Shown: positions 48,943-57,494 of the stretch, piece after piece | Position numbering within the stretch: the stretch's first letter is position 1 | Layout of the letters: each line of letters starts with the position of its first letter | From: Thermoplasmata archaeon | Lineage (GTDB): Archaea > Thermoplasmatota > Thermoplasmata > Lutacidiplasmatales > UBA184 | Reading direction: 5' to 3' | Length of the DNA: 64,000 bases | Assembly: GCA_049675585.1 (NCBI GenBank) | Contig: JBAUAJ010000055.1 | Span: 55,025-119,024 of the forward strand | The notes under the pieces: model-generated | The model's database searches: none | The model's input: only the letters and a program-made list of their open reading frames with translations | Told to the model about the DNA's origin: nothing | Made by a program: the position numbers and the translations under genes

Positions 48943-49842
48943 TCAATCTTGTCGAGGGGTCTTTGCGCTTGACAGGATGTGTTTCGAAAACGCCGACATG
49001 AGCGGATCGCGAAGGGAGTGCCGTCGGACGTCCGCGATCAATTCGTGTTCAAACGGAGTGAGCTCTCGAAGGAAACCAAACCGTTTTGCCGCCTCCCGGG
49101 CATCCTTGTTCCAATCCCGTTGACGACTCCGCCCAATCAGTCGTTCGAGGTCAGGCCATTCCCGGCGACCTTCGGACAAGGTACGAAGTATCTGCTCCGG
49201 ATCGAACGCCTCACGGTCGTTCCAGAGTTTGGCAACGGCGAGGAGGCGCACCAAGCCCGTGTCGAAACCCTTTCGGCCGTAGCGCATGGCATCGTAGAGG
49301 TCTCTTTCCGTGGCTCGCTGCTGAACGGCTCTCAGTTTCTCCGAGAGAGCCTCCTCAACTCGTAGGGAGAGTATCTCCGGGGGACGGAACGGAAGGGCCG
49401 AGAAGTACGGCTGGGGGAGGGGGGCCCATTGTGCCGGTGGAAGGAACGGTGCCTCTCGATAACTGACCTCGAATCGAAAAATCCCCGAGTCCCACTCGTG
49501 GGAGTAGGTCACCCGACACCCCCAGTTCTTCCGGCTTGTGCGGTACGGCTCTTGGACCTCGAATCGAACCCCGAAGTGAGCGGCATTGAACGCTTCGTTG
49601 AGCTGAGGTTCGGGATCCTCGGGCAGATTCCGATTCGTGAAGTCGAGGTCTTCGGAAAGCCGTCCCACATCTCCGGTAACCATCATGCGCAAGTAGGTGC
49701 CGCCCTTGAACACCATCCGGTCGAGCACGCCGCGGGCCGAGAGGGCATCCAGCGCGTAGAGCAGGACGATCTCTTGCTGAGCGATGTGCAGATCCACGCC
49801 CATCACGTTCGCGAACCGGTTGGCAACCGTCCGAGGGATCAT
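48943..49842 (-). CDS. abiEii: AbiEii/DUF1814 nucleotidyltransferase toxin (type IV TA / abortive infection)
   Basis: FKGGTYLRMMVTGDVGRLSEDLDF (GGTxL...R.SxDhD). Internal Met start gives a 4-nt ATGA overlap with the abiEi stop. Confidence 0.75.
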   Translation of the reverse strand: MIPRTVANRFANVMGVDLHIAQQEIVLLYALDALSARGVLDRMVFKGGTYLRMMVTGDVGRLSEDLDFTNRNLPEDPEPQLNEAFNAAHFGVRFEVQEPYRTSRKNWGCRVTYSHEWDSGIFRFEVSYREAPFLPPAQWAPLPQPYFSALPFRPPEILSLRVEEALSEKLRAVQQRATERDLYDAMRYGRKGFDTGLVRLLAVAKLWNDREAFDPEQILRTLSEGRREWPDLERLIGRSRQRDWNKDAREAAKRFGFLRELTPFEHELIADVRRHSLRDPLMSAFSKHILSSAKTPRQD

Positions 49843-50666
49843 CGGTGGTCCGTTTCGGAAAATAGCACCCGATCGGGCACGTTTCGGACAATATGCCACC
49901 GTAGGTCGTGAGGCCCGCGGCGACCGTACGTACGTGTGGCTCCGAGGGGCACCCACGGCTCCTCCGAGGTAGCTCGCCATCGGTCCGTCCACCCTCGGGG
50001 CGGGAGTTTCGAGGGATGGACTTGTTCGAGTAGGTACCCGGTTCGCAAGGCGAGGCTCCGATTCTTCATGCGCTCCAGATACCCAGACAATCGATCCCAG
50101 TCGAGACGCGGTTTAGCCCTCGCCAAGATCTGGACTGCGCCTCCCAACCCCCCTGAGAGTTCCGGACGTTCCACGCAATCGATGACGGTTCGCTCTGGAT
50201 CGCTTACTCGGACGGTCTCGCCACGTCGTCGGATGGCCTGCGTTCCAAAGAACTTGGTCGACCCAACCCGAACAATCTGGAAGTGGGCCGGGTGCGTGAG
50301 CCGCATCGAAGTGCGGGCCGTCGTTACGAGGTAGTAGACGGGGCCCGCCTGCAGAAGAAAACCCCAAAGCTCCGCGGCCGAGGCGTAGCCGAAATAGTAG
50401 GGGTGGACCAGGTGGCTCCCGAACCGCAGCGGATCTGTGTCGGGTATCGCGTCCGGCCCGTGTCGACCCGGGTTAAGCAGGTACCGTCCTCTGCCTACCC
50501 GCTGAATCCAGTCCTTACGGACTAGGTCGTGAGTCAGCTTACGGGCGAACCCCCGACTGACACCGGCCAAAGTCTGCACATCATCCAGTGACAGCTCCTC
50601 CTTTCCCTCTGATTCGAGGGAGAGGACGACGCGAGCTTCCTTCGCCGAAAGCGAACGCTGGGACAC
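49839..50666 (-). CDS. abiEi: AbiEi antitoxin (wHTH, AbiEi_4-like)
   Basis: N-terminal EARVVLSLESEGKEELSLDDVQTLAGVSRGFARKLTHDLVRKDWIQRVGRGRYLL plus a C-terminal domain. Directly upstream of abiEii. Confidence 0.7.
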   Translation of the reverse strand: MSQRSLSAKEARVVLSLESEGKEELSLDDVQTLAGVSRGFARKLTHDLVRKDWIQRVGRGRYLLNPGRHGPDAIPDTDPLRFGSHLVHPYYFGYASAAELWGFLLQAGPVYYLVTTARTSMRLTHPAHFQIVRVGSTKFFGTQAIRRRGETVRVSDPERTVIDCVERPELSGGLGGAVQILARAKPRLDWDRLSGYLERMKNRSLALRTGYLLEQVHPSKLPPRGWTDRWRATSEEPWVPLGATRTYGRRGPHDLRWHIVRNVPDRVLFSETDHR

Positions 50667-50841
50667 GAGAACGACATGTGTTCAGTATACCATATAGTTA
50701 CTGATTCGGTAACAGTGACGTATTGCGACCACTCCCCGGAGTATCGTCGGTCGACTCACCTCGTGTCGGACGGCCGGCGTACCGTGAAACCCTCCGTCGC
50801 GGAGGCGAGGCCGCATCGCGTCCGCCTCTCGGGTGTTCTGG

Positions 50842-50859
50842 GTTCAATGGAAATTGAGC
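50842..50859. repeat. island inverted-repeat motif GTTCAAT-ggaa-ATTGAGC (GGG-flanked)
   Basis: Between the fic 3' end and the abiEi start. Together with the 48825 instance it brackets the AbiE module. Confidence 0.5.
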
Positions 50860-50912
50860 ACACCACTCCGTGAATTGCGCGGCTCGACGACTCTCGCTTC
50901 GGACGCGAGTCC

Positions 50913-52175
50913 CTACTGGGTGGACGATTCGTTTCGATTTCTCGGAAAGCTGTCAAGTTGAAGTACGTCGATGTACGGTTGGTAGCGGAAGAATCGATTG
51001 CGTTTCTGACCGGTGACCTCTACAAGCAGCTTCATTTCGACGAATCGATCCACGAGGGCGTTCGCCGGTGGGTAGGTAGTTCCGATCGCGGTCGCCACGT
51101 CTTTCACTGTGATGACGGGTCTGTGGAACAGTTGTCCGAGCAGCCTGAGTCCCGCGCCCGACCTCTTCCCGAGCTCCCCCCCGACGAGGCTCTCATGTTC
51201 GGACTTTATGGACAGGACGGAGCGCGCAGTATCCGTCGCCTGAATCGAGGTTTCCCGGACTCCCCGCAAGAAAAACTCGATCCAACCTTCCCAATCCCCG
51301 TCATCTCGCACGCGTTGAAGTCGTCGGGTGTACTCATCTCGGTTGCATAGAAAATAGTATGAGAGGTACAGGACCGGCCGGCGGAGGGCGCCACATTTTG
51401 TGAGCAGCAGCGTGACGAGGAGACGACCGATCCTACCGTTACCATCCAGGAATGGGTGGATGGTCTCAAACTGGGAGTGAGCGAGTCCTCCACGCAGCAG
51501 AGGTGGTTCCAGAGTATCGGCTTGGACGAACTCCATCAGCTCTCGCATCAGCTGCGGGGTCTCGTTGGGGGGCGGGGGTACATAGTCGGCGGTCGCGGGA
51601 CTGCTACCTCTCGGGCCAATCCAGTTCTGGCGGGACTTCAGCATCCCGGGCTCTGCCTCATCGCCACGAACTCGATGCAGCAGGATCTTGTGCGTATCCT
51701 GCAAGAGTTCAGTCGAGAGCGGGGCTCCCGCGCGGACTCGCTGAAGCGCGCCGTTGAGTGCTCGCACGTAGTTTGCAACCTCCAGGACGTCGCGAGGGTA
51801 TGATTCTCGTTTTGCACCGGCTTCAAAATCCAGGAGATCGATGAGCGTCGAGTGAGTCCCCTCGATCTGACTCGACAGCACGGCTTCCTTTCGAACATAA
51901 CTGTAGACAAAGAAGTCTGGATCGGGGACCACCTCGGCCGCACCGTCGAGCCGGCCCAATTCGGTCGACGCCGTTGCAAGCAGCCCCAGAATCGACGCAC
52001 TAAGTTGGAGCGGGGGATCTGGCGGCAATCCTTTGGGATGGAAGGCCCGCCATCCATCGGGTGTCGTGGCGTACACCCCCGCGCGGCCGGGATGGTACGG
52101 CGTCGAGCCCCCTACCTTTAACATAGAACGAACTCCACTCAGTGTGAAAGGTAAATCATATTCCCTATAATACAA
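50913..52175 (-). CDS. Fic-family protein (AMPylase/phosphocholine transferase fold) with C-terminal wHTH
   Basis: Fic motif HPFLDGNGRIGR. N-terminal inhibitory-like SSQIEGTHS motif. Start may be a downstream Met. Confidence 0.75.
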   Translation of the reverse strand: MYYREYDLPFTLSGVRSMLKVGGSTPYHPGRAGVYATTPDGWRAFHPKGLPPDPPLQLSASILGLLATASTELGRLDGAAEVVPDPDFFVYSYVRKEAVLSSQIEGTHSTLIDLLDFEAGAKRESYPRDVLEVANYVRALNGALQRVRAGAPLSTELLQDTHKILLHRVRGDEAEPGMLKSRQNWIGPRGSSPATADYVPPPPNETPQLMRELMEFVQADTLEPPLLRGGLAHSQFETIHPFLDGNGRIGRLLVTLLLTKCGALRRPVLYLSYYFLCNRDEYTRRLQRVRDDGDWEGWIEFFLRGVRETSIQATDTARSVLSIKSEHESLVGGELGKRSGAGLRLLGQLFHRPVITVKDVATAIGTTYPPANALVDRFVEMKLLVEVTGQKRNRFFRYQPYIDVLQLDSFPRNRNESSTQ

Positions 52176-52277
52176 TCCACGTCCGAACCGCTGCTATAGT
52201 TTGAACTCGCCCGATCCAGAGGCAACCGGCTGGAGGTCGGAGGGAGTGAACAAGCCCCGGACCCGTGAGACTGATGA

Positions 52278-53042
52278 ATGCCGACCGGACTGCCGACGAG
52301 CGAGGAGAGTGGTCCCGTGGCGCAATCTCAGGATTCGCCGGGTTCTAGTCCTGAAACGAATCCCGGCGTACGGACGAGAGATGCCCTCCTGATCGGCCTG
52401 ACACTCGCCGCCGGCGTAGTGGATGCGGTGAGCTACCTCGGCCTCGGTCAAATTTTCACGGCCAACATGACGGGGAACCTCGTCTTCCTTGCCCTGGCCG
52501 TCGGTCAGCGCAGCTTGCTCACGGCCCTCCACTCCATGGCCGCACTGATAGGGTTCTGCGTCGGAGCGATTCTAGCCGGTCGTGTGCTGCACCGGCCCCG
52601 GCCCCCTGGTGTCTGGCCGCGCCGAACGACGTGGGTCCTGTGGGGTGTTTTGGCGTGCATGGCAGCTTTCGCTGGGATCTGGGCAGCCGTGGGAGGCCGG
52701 CCGGAACCCGCCGAGCTGTACCTCCTGATCGTCCTCAGCTCGCTCGGAATGGGAATGCAAAACGCGACAGCGCGGCATCTTGCGGTCCCGGGTCTGACGA
52801 CTACGGTCATCACTACCGCCTTGACTGGATTCATGGTAGACCTACCCGCCCTCGGAATATCCGGCCCGACACAGCGGCGAGGAGGAGTGGCCGTGCTCGC
52901 CCTGTTCACGGGGGCGGCCGTTGGTGCGGCCCTTATCGTGCTTGCTCGGGTTTCCGCTCCGCTCCTCACGGTTGCGACGTTGATGATCGTGGCGACAACT
53001 GCGTTTTGGTTCTTCGACCGGGTTCCTCGCACCGATTCTTGA
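52278..53042 (+). CDS. YoaK/DUF1275-family membrane protein
   Basis: VDAVSYLGLGQIFTANMTGNLVFLAL and six TM helices. Confidence 0.6.
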   Translation: MPTGLPTSEESGPVAQSQDSPGSSPETNPGVRTRDALLIGLTLAAGVVDAVSYLGLGQIFTANMTGNLVFLALAVGQRSLLTALHSMAALIGFCVGAILAGRVLHRPRPPGVWPRRTTWVLWGVLACMAAFAGIWAAVGGRPEPAELYLLIVLSSLGMGMQNATARHLAVPGLTTTVITTALTGFMVDLPALGISGPTQRRGGVAVLALFTGAAVGAALIVLARVSAPLLTVATLMIVATTAFWFFDRVPRTDS

Positions 53043-53058
53043 TTCTCTACTCGCGAAG

Positions 53059-53076
53059 GTTCAACGGGGATTGAAC
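53059..53076. repeat. island inverted-repeat motif GTTCAAC-gggg-ATTGAAC
   Basis: Convergent region between the YoaK gene and mini-AbiE module 3. Confidence 0.5.
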
Positions 53077-53102
53077 CTCCGGGCAGCCCTCGCCCCAGAG
53101 AA

Positions 53103-53669
53103 TCACTTCTCGTGAGACGAATTTTTGGCCATGGTCTCTCGCAAGCTTGCCAATTCGGCCTCGAGATTTTCTTGCCGAGCGCGGTGGGTCAGGTACTCCC
53201 AGTCAAGCTTCGGCAATGCAACTAAGAGGAGCGCGTTGGGATACTCGTCTGGTTCGTTCCAGAATTTGATGAGGGCAAGTCGCCCAATGATCAGGTCCTC
53301 GATAGATCCGACTCGAACTTGACCATAGGGAGTACTGACCACTCGTGAGAGACGCATCGAGCCGCTGACTCTCGGGCCGACGACGTCAAGAACTATTTTC
53401 CAGTCAAGGCGAGCCCACTCTCGGCCGGGCTGGTTGAATCCCCACCGCTCCAGGACGGCCGCGATCGTATCGCGCGGCCCACAAACGTCGATGTCACCAG
53501 AAACGTAGGCGCCCTCGGTGTAGATTTCCATTGCGGAACCGCCGACGACCACTAGATCATCTGGGCCGAGGCCGGCCTCCTTTCTCAAGAGCGCCGCGAA
53601 GTATAGGATTCTTCGGTCGTCTTCCTCAATCTTTTCGAGAATCGCCTGAATCTCATCTGAAGTGGTCAT
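53103..53669 (-). CDS. minimal nucleotidyltransferase, AbiEii-like (copy 3)
   Basis: LVVVGGSAMEIYTEGAYVSGDIDVCG, VLDVV, WGF, EDLIIGRL. 4-nt overlap with the upstream wHTH gene. Confidence 0.55.
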   Translation of the reverse strand: MTTSDEIQAILEKIEEDDRRILYFAALLRKEAGLGPDDLVVVGGSAMEIYTEGAYVSGDIDVCGPRDTIAAVLERWGFNQPGREWARLDWKIVLDVVGPRVSGSMRLSRVVSTPYGQVRVGSIEDLIIGRLALIKFWNEPDEYPNALLLVALPKLDWEYLTHRARQENLEAELASLRETMAKNSSHEK

Positions 53670-54151
53670 CGCCCTTTGTGCCTCGAGACTCGGAGACCAG
53701 CAGCTCGAAGCAGTTCGTTCTTGGTTCGAGACTGGCTGAACTCCCGCAACACCTTCGGTAGCTTACCAGTCCTGCTCGAACTTATTCGACTCAATTTCTT
53801 TGATACACGAACAGATTCGCTAGAATTGGGCTCGCCGGAGGTCCCCTCCGACTGAATTGGTAGCGAACCCTCGAACAACGGTCCCTGCCCCTCGCAAAAC
53901 GCCCGAACTCTATCGTCCAAGAGTACCCAGCCCCCGTCGCGAAGTCCCACAATGCCTGTCGCTGACAAGTTCTTCAATTCTAGGTAGACGTTGGGTGGTG
54001 AAAGGTCGGCGAGCTTTGCGATCCGGTACGCAGTCATCGGGATTCGTGTGCCCGCCAAGATAGCGAGCGTGTACGCACGCGTCCGACTGCCAATTACAGG
54101 AATGAGCGAGTCGCCCACGGTTGGGCCAGACGCACTTAGTAGTAATAACAA
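53666..54151 (-). CDS. winged-helix protein, putative antitoxin of a reduced AbiE-like module (copy 3)
   Basis: VIGSRTRAYTLAILAGTRIPMTAYRIAKLADL...GWVLLD. Annotated TTG start; true start uncertain. Confidence 0.5.
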   Translation of the reverse strand: MLLLLSASGPTVGDSLIPVIGSRTRAYTLAILAGTRIPMTAYRIAKLADLSPPNVYLELKNLSATGIVGLRDGGWVLLDDRVRAFCEGQGPLFEGSLPIQSEGTSGEPNSSESVRVSKKLSRISSSRTGKLPKVLREFSQSRTKNELLRAAGLRVSRHKGR

Positions 54152-54173
54152 TAATGGTGAAACACACTACTAT

Positions 54174-54191
54174 GCGCAACGACGATCGAAC
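54174..54191. repeat. motif instance GCGCAAC-gacg-ATCGAAC
   Basis: 23-40 bp upstream of the module-3 wHTH start, just beyond an AT-rich TATA-like segment. Confidence 0.35.
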
Positions 54192-54331
54192 CTAGCGGTT
54201 ACTGGGATCAAGCCGTCAGGCACCCCGGAATTCTGCAATAAACGGTTCGACCGATCACCAGACGGCGTTCCGTAAGATCCCGTGGGGGACGGATCGGAGA
54301 CGCCTAGCTGCCTGTGGTGACTTTGCGCCCT

Positions 54332-55474
54332 TCAAACGAGCTTGCCCGCATCTACCAACGTTTTTCCATCCACTCGGAGCGTCGCTCCTCGGAGAGACTG
54401 ATACGCGGTGAAACGCGGAGAGTGGGTAGCTCCGCCGTGGTACGAATTGCGTCCCACGGCCAGGGTAATCCGGCCCCGTTCTTGATCGAATACCAGTGGT
54501 ATCGAGGAAATCCGCGGATTCAGCCCGACGGTAAGAAGGCCGGGACGCTCCTTGCCCACTCCCAGCTTCGGATACACTCGAAGGAACTCCTCGCCTCCCG
54601 TTGCGAAGGAGTAGGCGACAAGCCGTCCCTCCCTGAAGGTCCAATCGCAGGCCGGCAGGGGAATTTCGCGCTCTTGATAGAACATCACTCCCGGCGTGTT
54701 CGCGACAAATTTGCCCTCAGCGAACTTCTCGTCCACGGTGACCATGGTGTCGCCGCTCGGAACCACGGTCCACACGTTGCCGGAGCGAATATCGGCGTCG
54801 TCCACTACCCCATCGTCGACCTTGGGAACGCGATGCGCGAGGCGTAATCTCAGATCGGTCCCGTTGGGGTGGGAGATGATGACTTCCTTACCGCGCTGAA
54901 GGAATCCCGCTACCCGAAGGCCGTCCCGACTCAGTTTTCGCGAATCGTAGGTCGTCGCCTCGATGAGCTCGTTCCTCCATTGTTCGAGATTTACACCGTA
55001 TCGTTGGGCCCACTGTTCGCTGGTTCGCCCCAAATCCCAGCGGACCATGCGCACGTGGTATTTCTGAGTCAATCGGAAGAACTCGTGATCGACGGCTTCG
55101 ATGCGACGCTTTAGCCGAGGGGAGCGCGCGTCTTCCCGAGCTGCGTCTCCCGGCCCCCAGAGATGCACGAAGCCGTGCGCTTCCTTGATGGACGCCCACT
55201 CGTGGCTCCCGACCTGACCGAGATTCGCCTCCGGCGCCTCATCGAGGCTTTTCCAGTACGTCGCCTCGTCCTCAACCCAGAGCAAGGGGCGAACTCCAAG
55301 TATGCGAGCCTCGAGCACCAGGCTTTCGGCCCAAGGCAGGGTTCCGCTCCATGTTTCGATGATCAGGTTTTCTCCGCGCTTCATTCGGAGCGCACCGCGC
55401 AAGATGCTCCGCGCTAGCTTTCGCCGAACGGATTCGGGATAGTCCGGGATCGGGTGCATCGTGACCTCTTTCAT
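54332..55474 (-). CDS. putative M29-family aminopeptidase (AmpS/PepS-like)
   Basis: 380 aa. Segments NGTDLRLRL, HGGATH and the overall length resemble thermophilic aminopeptidase T. Assignment made from memory of the family, not from a search. Confidence 0.45.
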   Translation of the reverse strand: MKEVTMHPIPDYPESVRRKLARSILRGALRMKRGENLIIETWSGTLPWAESLVLEARILGVRPLLWVEDEATYWKSLDEAPEANLGQVGSHEWASIKEAHGFVHLWGPGDAAREDARSPRLKRRIEAVDHEFFRLTQKYHVRMVRWDLGRTSEQWAQRYGVNLEQWRNELIEATTYDSRKLSRDGLRVAGFLQRGKEVIISHPNGTDLRLRLAHRVPKVDDGVVDDADIRSGNVWTVVPSGDTMVTVDEKFAEGKFVANTPGVMFYQEREIPLPACDWTFREGRLVAYSFATGGEEFLRVYPKLGVGKERPGLLTVGLNPRISSIPLVFDQERGRITLAVGRNSYHGGATHSPRFTAYQSLRGATLRVDGKTLVDAGKLV

Positions 55475-55724
55475 GGCTATGCACGCGAGGTCAAAATCAA
55501 TGTTGGTCTCCGGCCAAATCCGGGGAGGAATTTGGCCGGAGGGGGATTGTGGCCGATAGAACCGAATCGCACTTCCGTCCTGTTCGGGCCTCTCGGAGCC
55601 TCAGGAGAAGGTAGACATCTCTCCGCCGAGATTCCGAGCAGGGCGGGGTCTCTTCCAGCGGGGCCAGGAGCATGACGAGTAGATTGCGGGCAGTGGTATT
55701 TAGCTACAAACAGTATTAGTATTC

Positions 55725-55742
55725 TAAATCATACATAATGAA
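55725..55742 (+). promoter_or_regulatory. AT-rich TATA-like box (ATACATAAT) upstream of GTG start at 55764
   Basis: Only AT-rich patch in the region, about 28 nt from the start codon. Confidence 0.4.
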
Positions 55743-55763
55743 CGGAATCCAGGGGGTGAGGAA

Positions 55764-56006
55764 GTGCGGATCCACAAGGTGATCAACCGAGTCCACGAGG
55801 GGACGGTCTACTACCGTTGGGTACTCTCGATCCCGCCGAAGCAAGTGCGGGATCTAGGGTGGGTGAACGGACAGGAAGTCGAAGGGCTCGTTCGGGGGTC
55901 AAGCCTTTGGATCCAACCCGATGTTCGGCCCCGTCCACGTCACCGCGCAACCTCCAAGAAGCAGCTTGAGGACGCCGTGGAACGCATGAGCGTTACACGA
56001 GGGTAG
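55764..56006 (+). CDS. AbrB/SpoVT-like small DNA-binding protein (hypothetical)
   Basis: GTG start 28 nt downstream of an AT-rich TATA-like box. VINRVHEGTVYYRWVLSIPPKQVRDLGWVNGQEV is a swapped-hairpin-like motif. Confidence 0.4.
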   Translation: MRIHKVINRVHEGTVYYRWVLSIPPKQVRDLGWVNGQEVEGLVRGSSLWIQPDVRPRPRHRATSKKQLEDAVERMSVTRG

Positions 56007-56119
56007 CGCTCGCGACCTCCGAGTCACCCGCGACGCGCTTCCTCGGTGTATCCCCAGTTCTCGAGGAGATACGGCGACCCGAGAAGCGGACGTTGGGTGC
56101 ACAGAACCTCAGAGCCGGT

Positions 56120-56137
56120 GTGCAACGGCGATTGAAC
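56120..56137. repeat. motif instance GTGCAAC-ggcg-ATTGAAC
   Basis: About 90 bp upstream of vapB at 56226. Confidence 0.4.
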
Positions 56138-56225
56138 CGATATTCGATGTATCGTACCGAGTTGACCCCACCTCATCGTGCTTGGCCGGAGAGACTTTAA
56201 TAAGTGTGTTGATATCAACACGTGT

Positions 56226-56480
56226 ATGTCGGTGAAGACGGTTACCCTCTCCTCCGATGCCTACGACTCGCTTGCCCGTCTCAAGCGGGATGGCGAGAGT
56301 TTCAGTGAGGTCGTCAGGAGAATCACCGGCTCGCAGGTCCTCTTGACCTCCTTCGCTGGCGCATGGAGCGGTGCCCCGAAAGCCCAACTCGAAGAGATTC
56401 GGAAATCGATCCAAGCCGCCGATCGGCAGTCGAAAGCGAAGGTTTTGAGACTATCCCTCGAGGGTACCAACGGTGGTTAG
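56226..56480 (+). CDS. vapB: VapB-type antitoxin
   Basis: MSVKTVTLSSDAYDSLARLKRDGESFSEVVRRI (ATG verified at 56226). Overlaps the downstream PIN gene. Confidence 0.55.
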   Translation: MSVKTVTLSSDAYDSLARLKRDGESFSEVVRRITGSQVLLTSFAGAWSGAPKAQLEEIRKSIQAADRQSKAKVLRLSLEGTNGG

Positions 56481-56859
56481 CCTCGATAGCTCCTTCCTCA
56501 TTGATCTACTCGCGGGCGAGCGAAGAGCGGTCGAGAAGGCCCGGTCCCTCGATGACTCGGGCGAGCCGAGATACATCACCCCGCCTGCGGCCGCGGAAGT
56601 TCTCCTGGGAGCGTACCGGCTCGGAGGTCCGTACCTTGCCAGGACCGAGTTCCTGATCAACGCCCTTCCCCTCCTCCCGTTCGACTCCCGAGCATGCCAT
56701 GAGGCGGGAAGAATCGGAGCGGAACTTGCTCGACGAGGGACTCCGCTCGGGCAAGGTGACCTATTCATCGGAGCGATCACGCTCCGCCACGGGCAGCGGC
56801 TCTTGACGAGGGATAGATCATTCCGCCTTGTTCCTAACCTCACGACCGAGAGCTACTGA
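56473..56859 (+). CDS. vapC: PIN-domain ribonuclease VapC
   Basis: (M)VSLDSSFLIDLLAGE... with acidic PIN residues. GTG start overlapping the vapB stop. Confidence 0.65.
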   Translation: MVSLDSSFLIDLLAGERRAVEKARSLDDSGEPRYITPPAAAEVLLGAYRLGGPYLARTEFLINALPLLPFDSRACHEAGRIGAELARRGTPLGQGDLFIGAITLRHGQRLLTRDRSFRLVPNLTTESY

Positions 56860-57012
56860 ATCGGGTTCCGCCTACCCGTGGGCTCATGAGTTACTGGATC
56901 CGCTACGAGCCCGCACGTCGACGAATCTCAAGTCAGCGACCCACGTCCTTTCCAAGCGCCTCGAACTCGAGCCATAGGTGGATGTATTTCCATGAAATAG
57001 AGTCCGCAGCTC

Positions 57013-57369
57013 ATGAGTCAGAACAAGACATCCGTAGAAGCGCATATGGCCGCAGCGGACCCTACGAAAGCGGCCGAATTTTTGACCGACGATTTCGAGT
57101 GGATTGAGTGGGGTGACGGGGTTCCGGCCTCGGGAGTTCGTGTCCGAGGGAAGGCCGGATTCGTCCAGAACTTCGGCGACGATGAAGTACGTGCCAAGAT
57201 CGACCGGACAGTGGAGGAGAATAACGTAGTGATGGTCGAAGGCACGGCGCACGTTCGCAAGAAAGACGGCGGTCGACTCGCCGTGCACTTTTGCAACATC
57301 TTTGAGCTGGAGAACGGAAAGATCAAACGCAAGTCCTCTTTCGGTGCATTGCTGAAGGACTCCACATAG
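57013..57369 (+). CDS. NTF2-like/SnoaL-like (ketosteroid isomerase-fold) protein
   Basis: 118 aa with alpha+beta cone pattern DDFEWIEWGDG...VVMVEGTAHVRKKDGGRLAVHFCNIFELENGKI. Confidence 0.5.
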   Translation: MSQNKTSVEAHMAAADPTKAAEFLTDDFEWIEWGDGVPASGVRVRGKAGFVQNFGDDEVRAKIDRTVEENNVVMVEGTAHVRKKDGGRLAVHFCNIFELENGKIKRKSSFGALLKDST

Positions 57370-57390
57370 CGATCGGCCGTTCCACGGTAG

Positions 57391-57408
57391 GCACAATACC
57401 AGTTGAGC
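57391..57408. repeat. motif instance GCACAAT-acca-GTTGAGC
   Basis: About 90 bp upstream of the YVTN protein gene. Confidence 0.4.
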
Positions 57409-57494
57409 CCAGCCGCTGGGGTCCGCTTGAGCTCGGTGCCGCTCGTACCGGCAATCTACTTTACCTGAGTTAGATGGGGTAGGCTGAGGCGCGA

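Noticed and set aside
52330-52375. Inverted repeat CCGGGTT...AATCCCGG inside the YoaK gene 5' region that looked tRNA-like
   Set aside because: It is a single hairpin within a coding sequence, with no cloverleaf.
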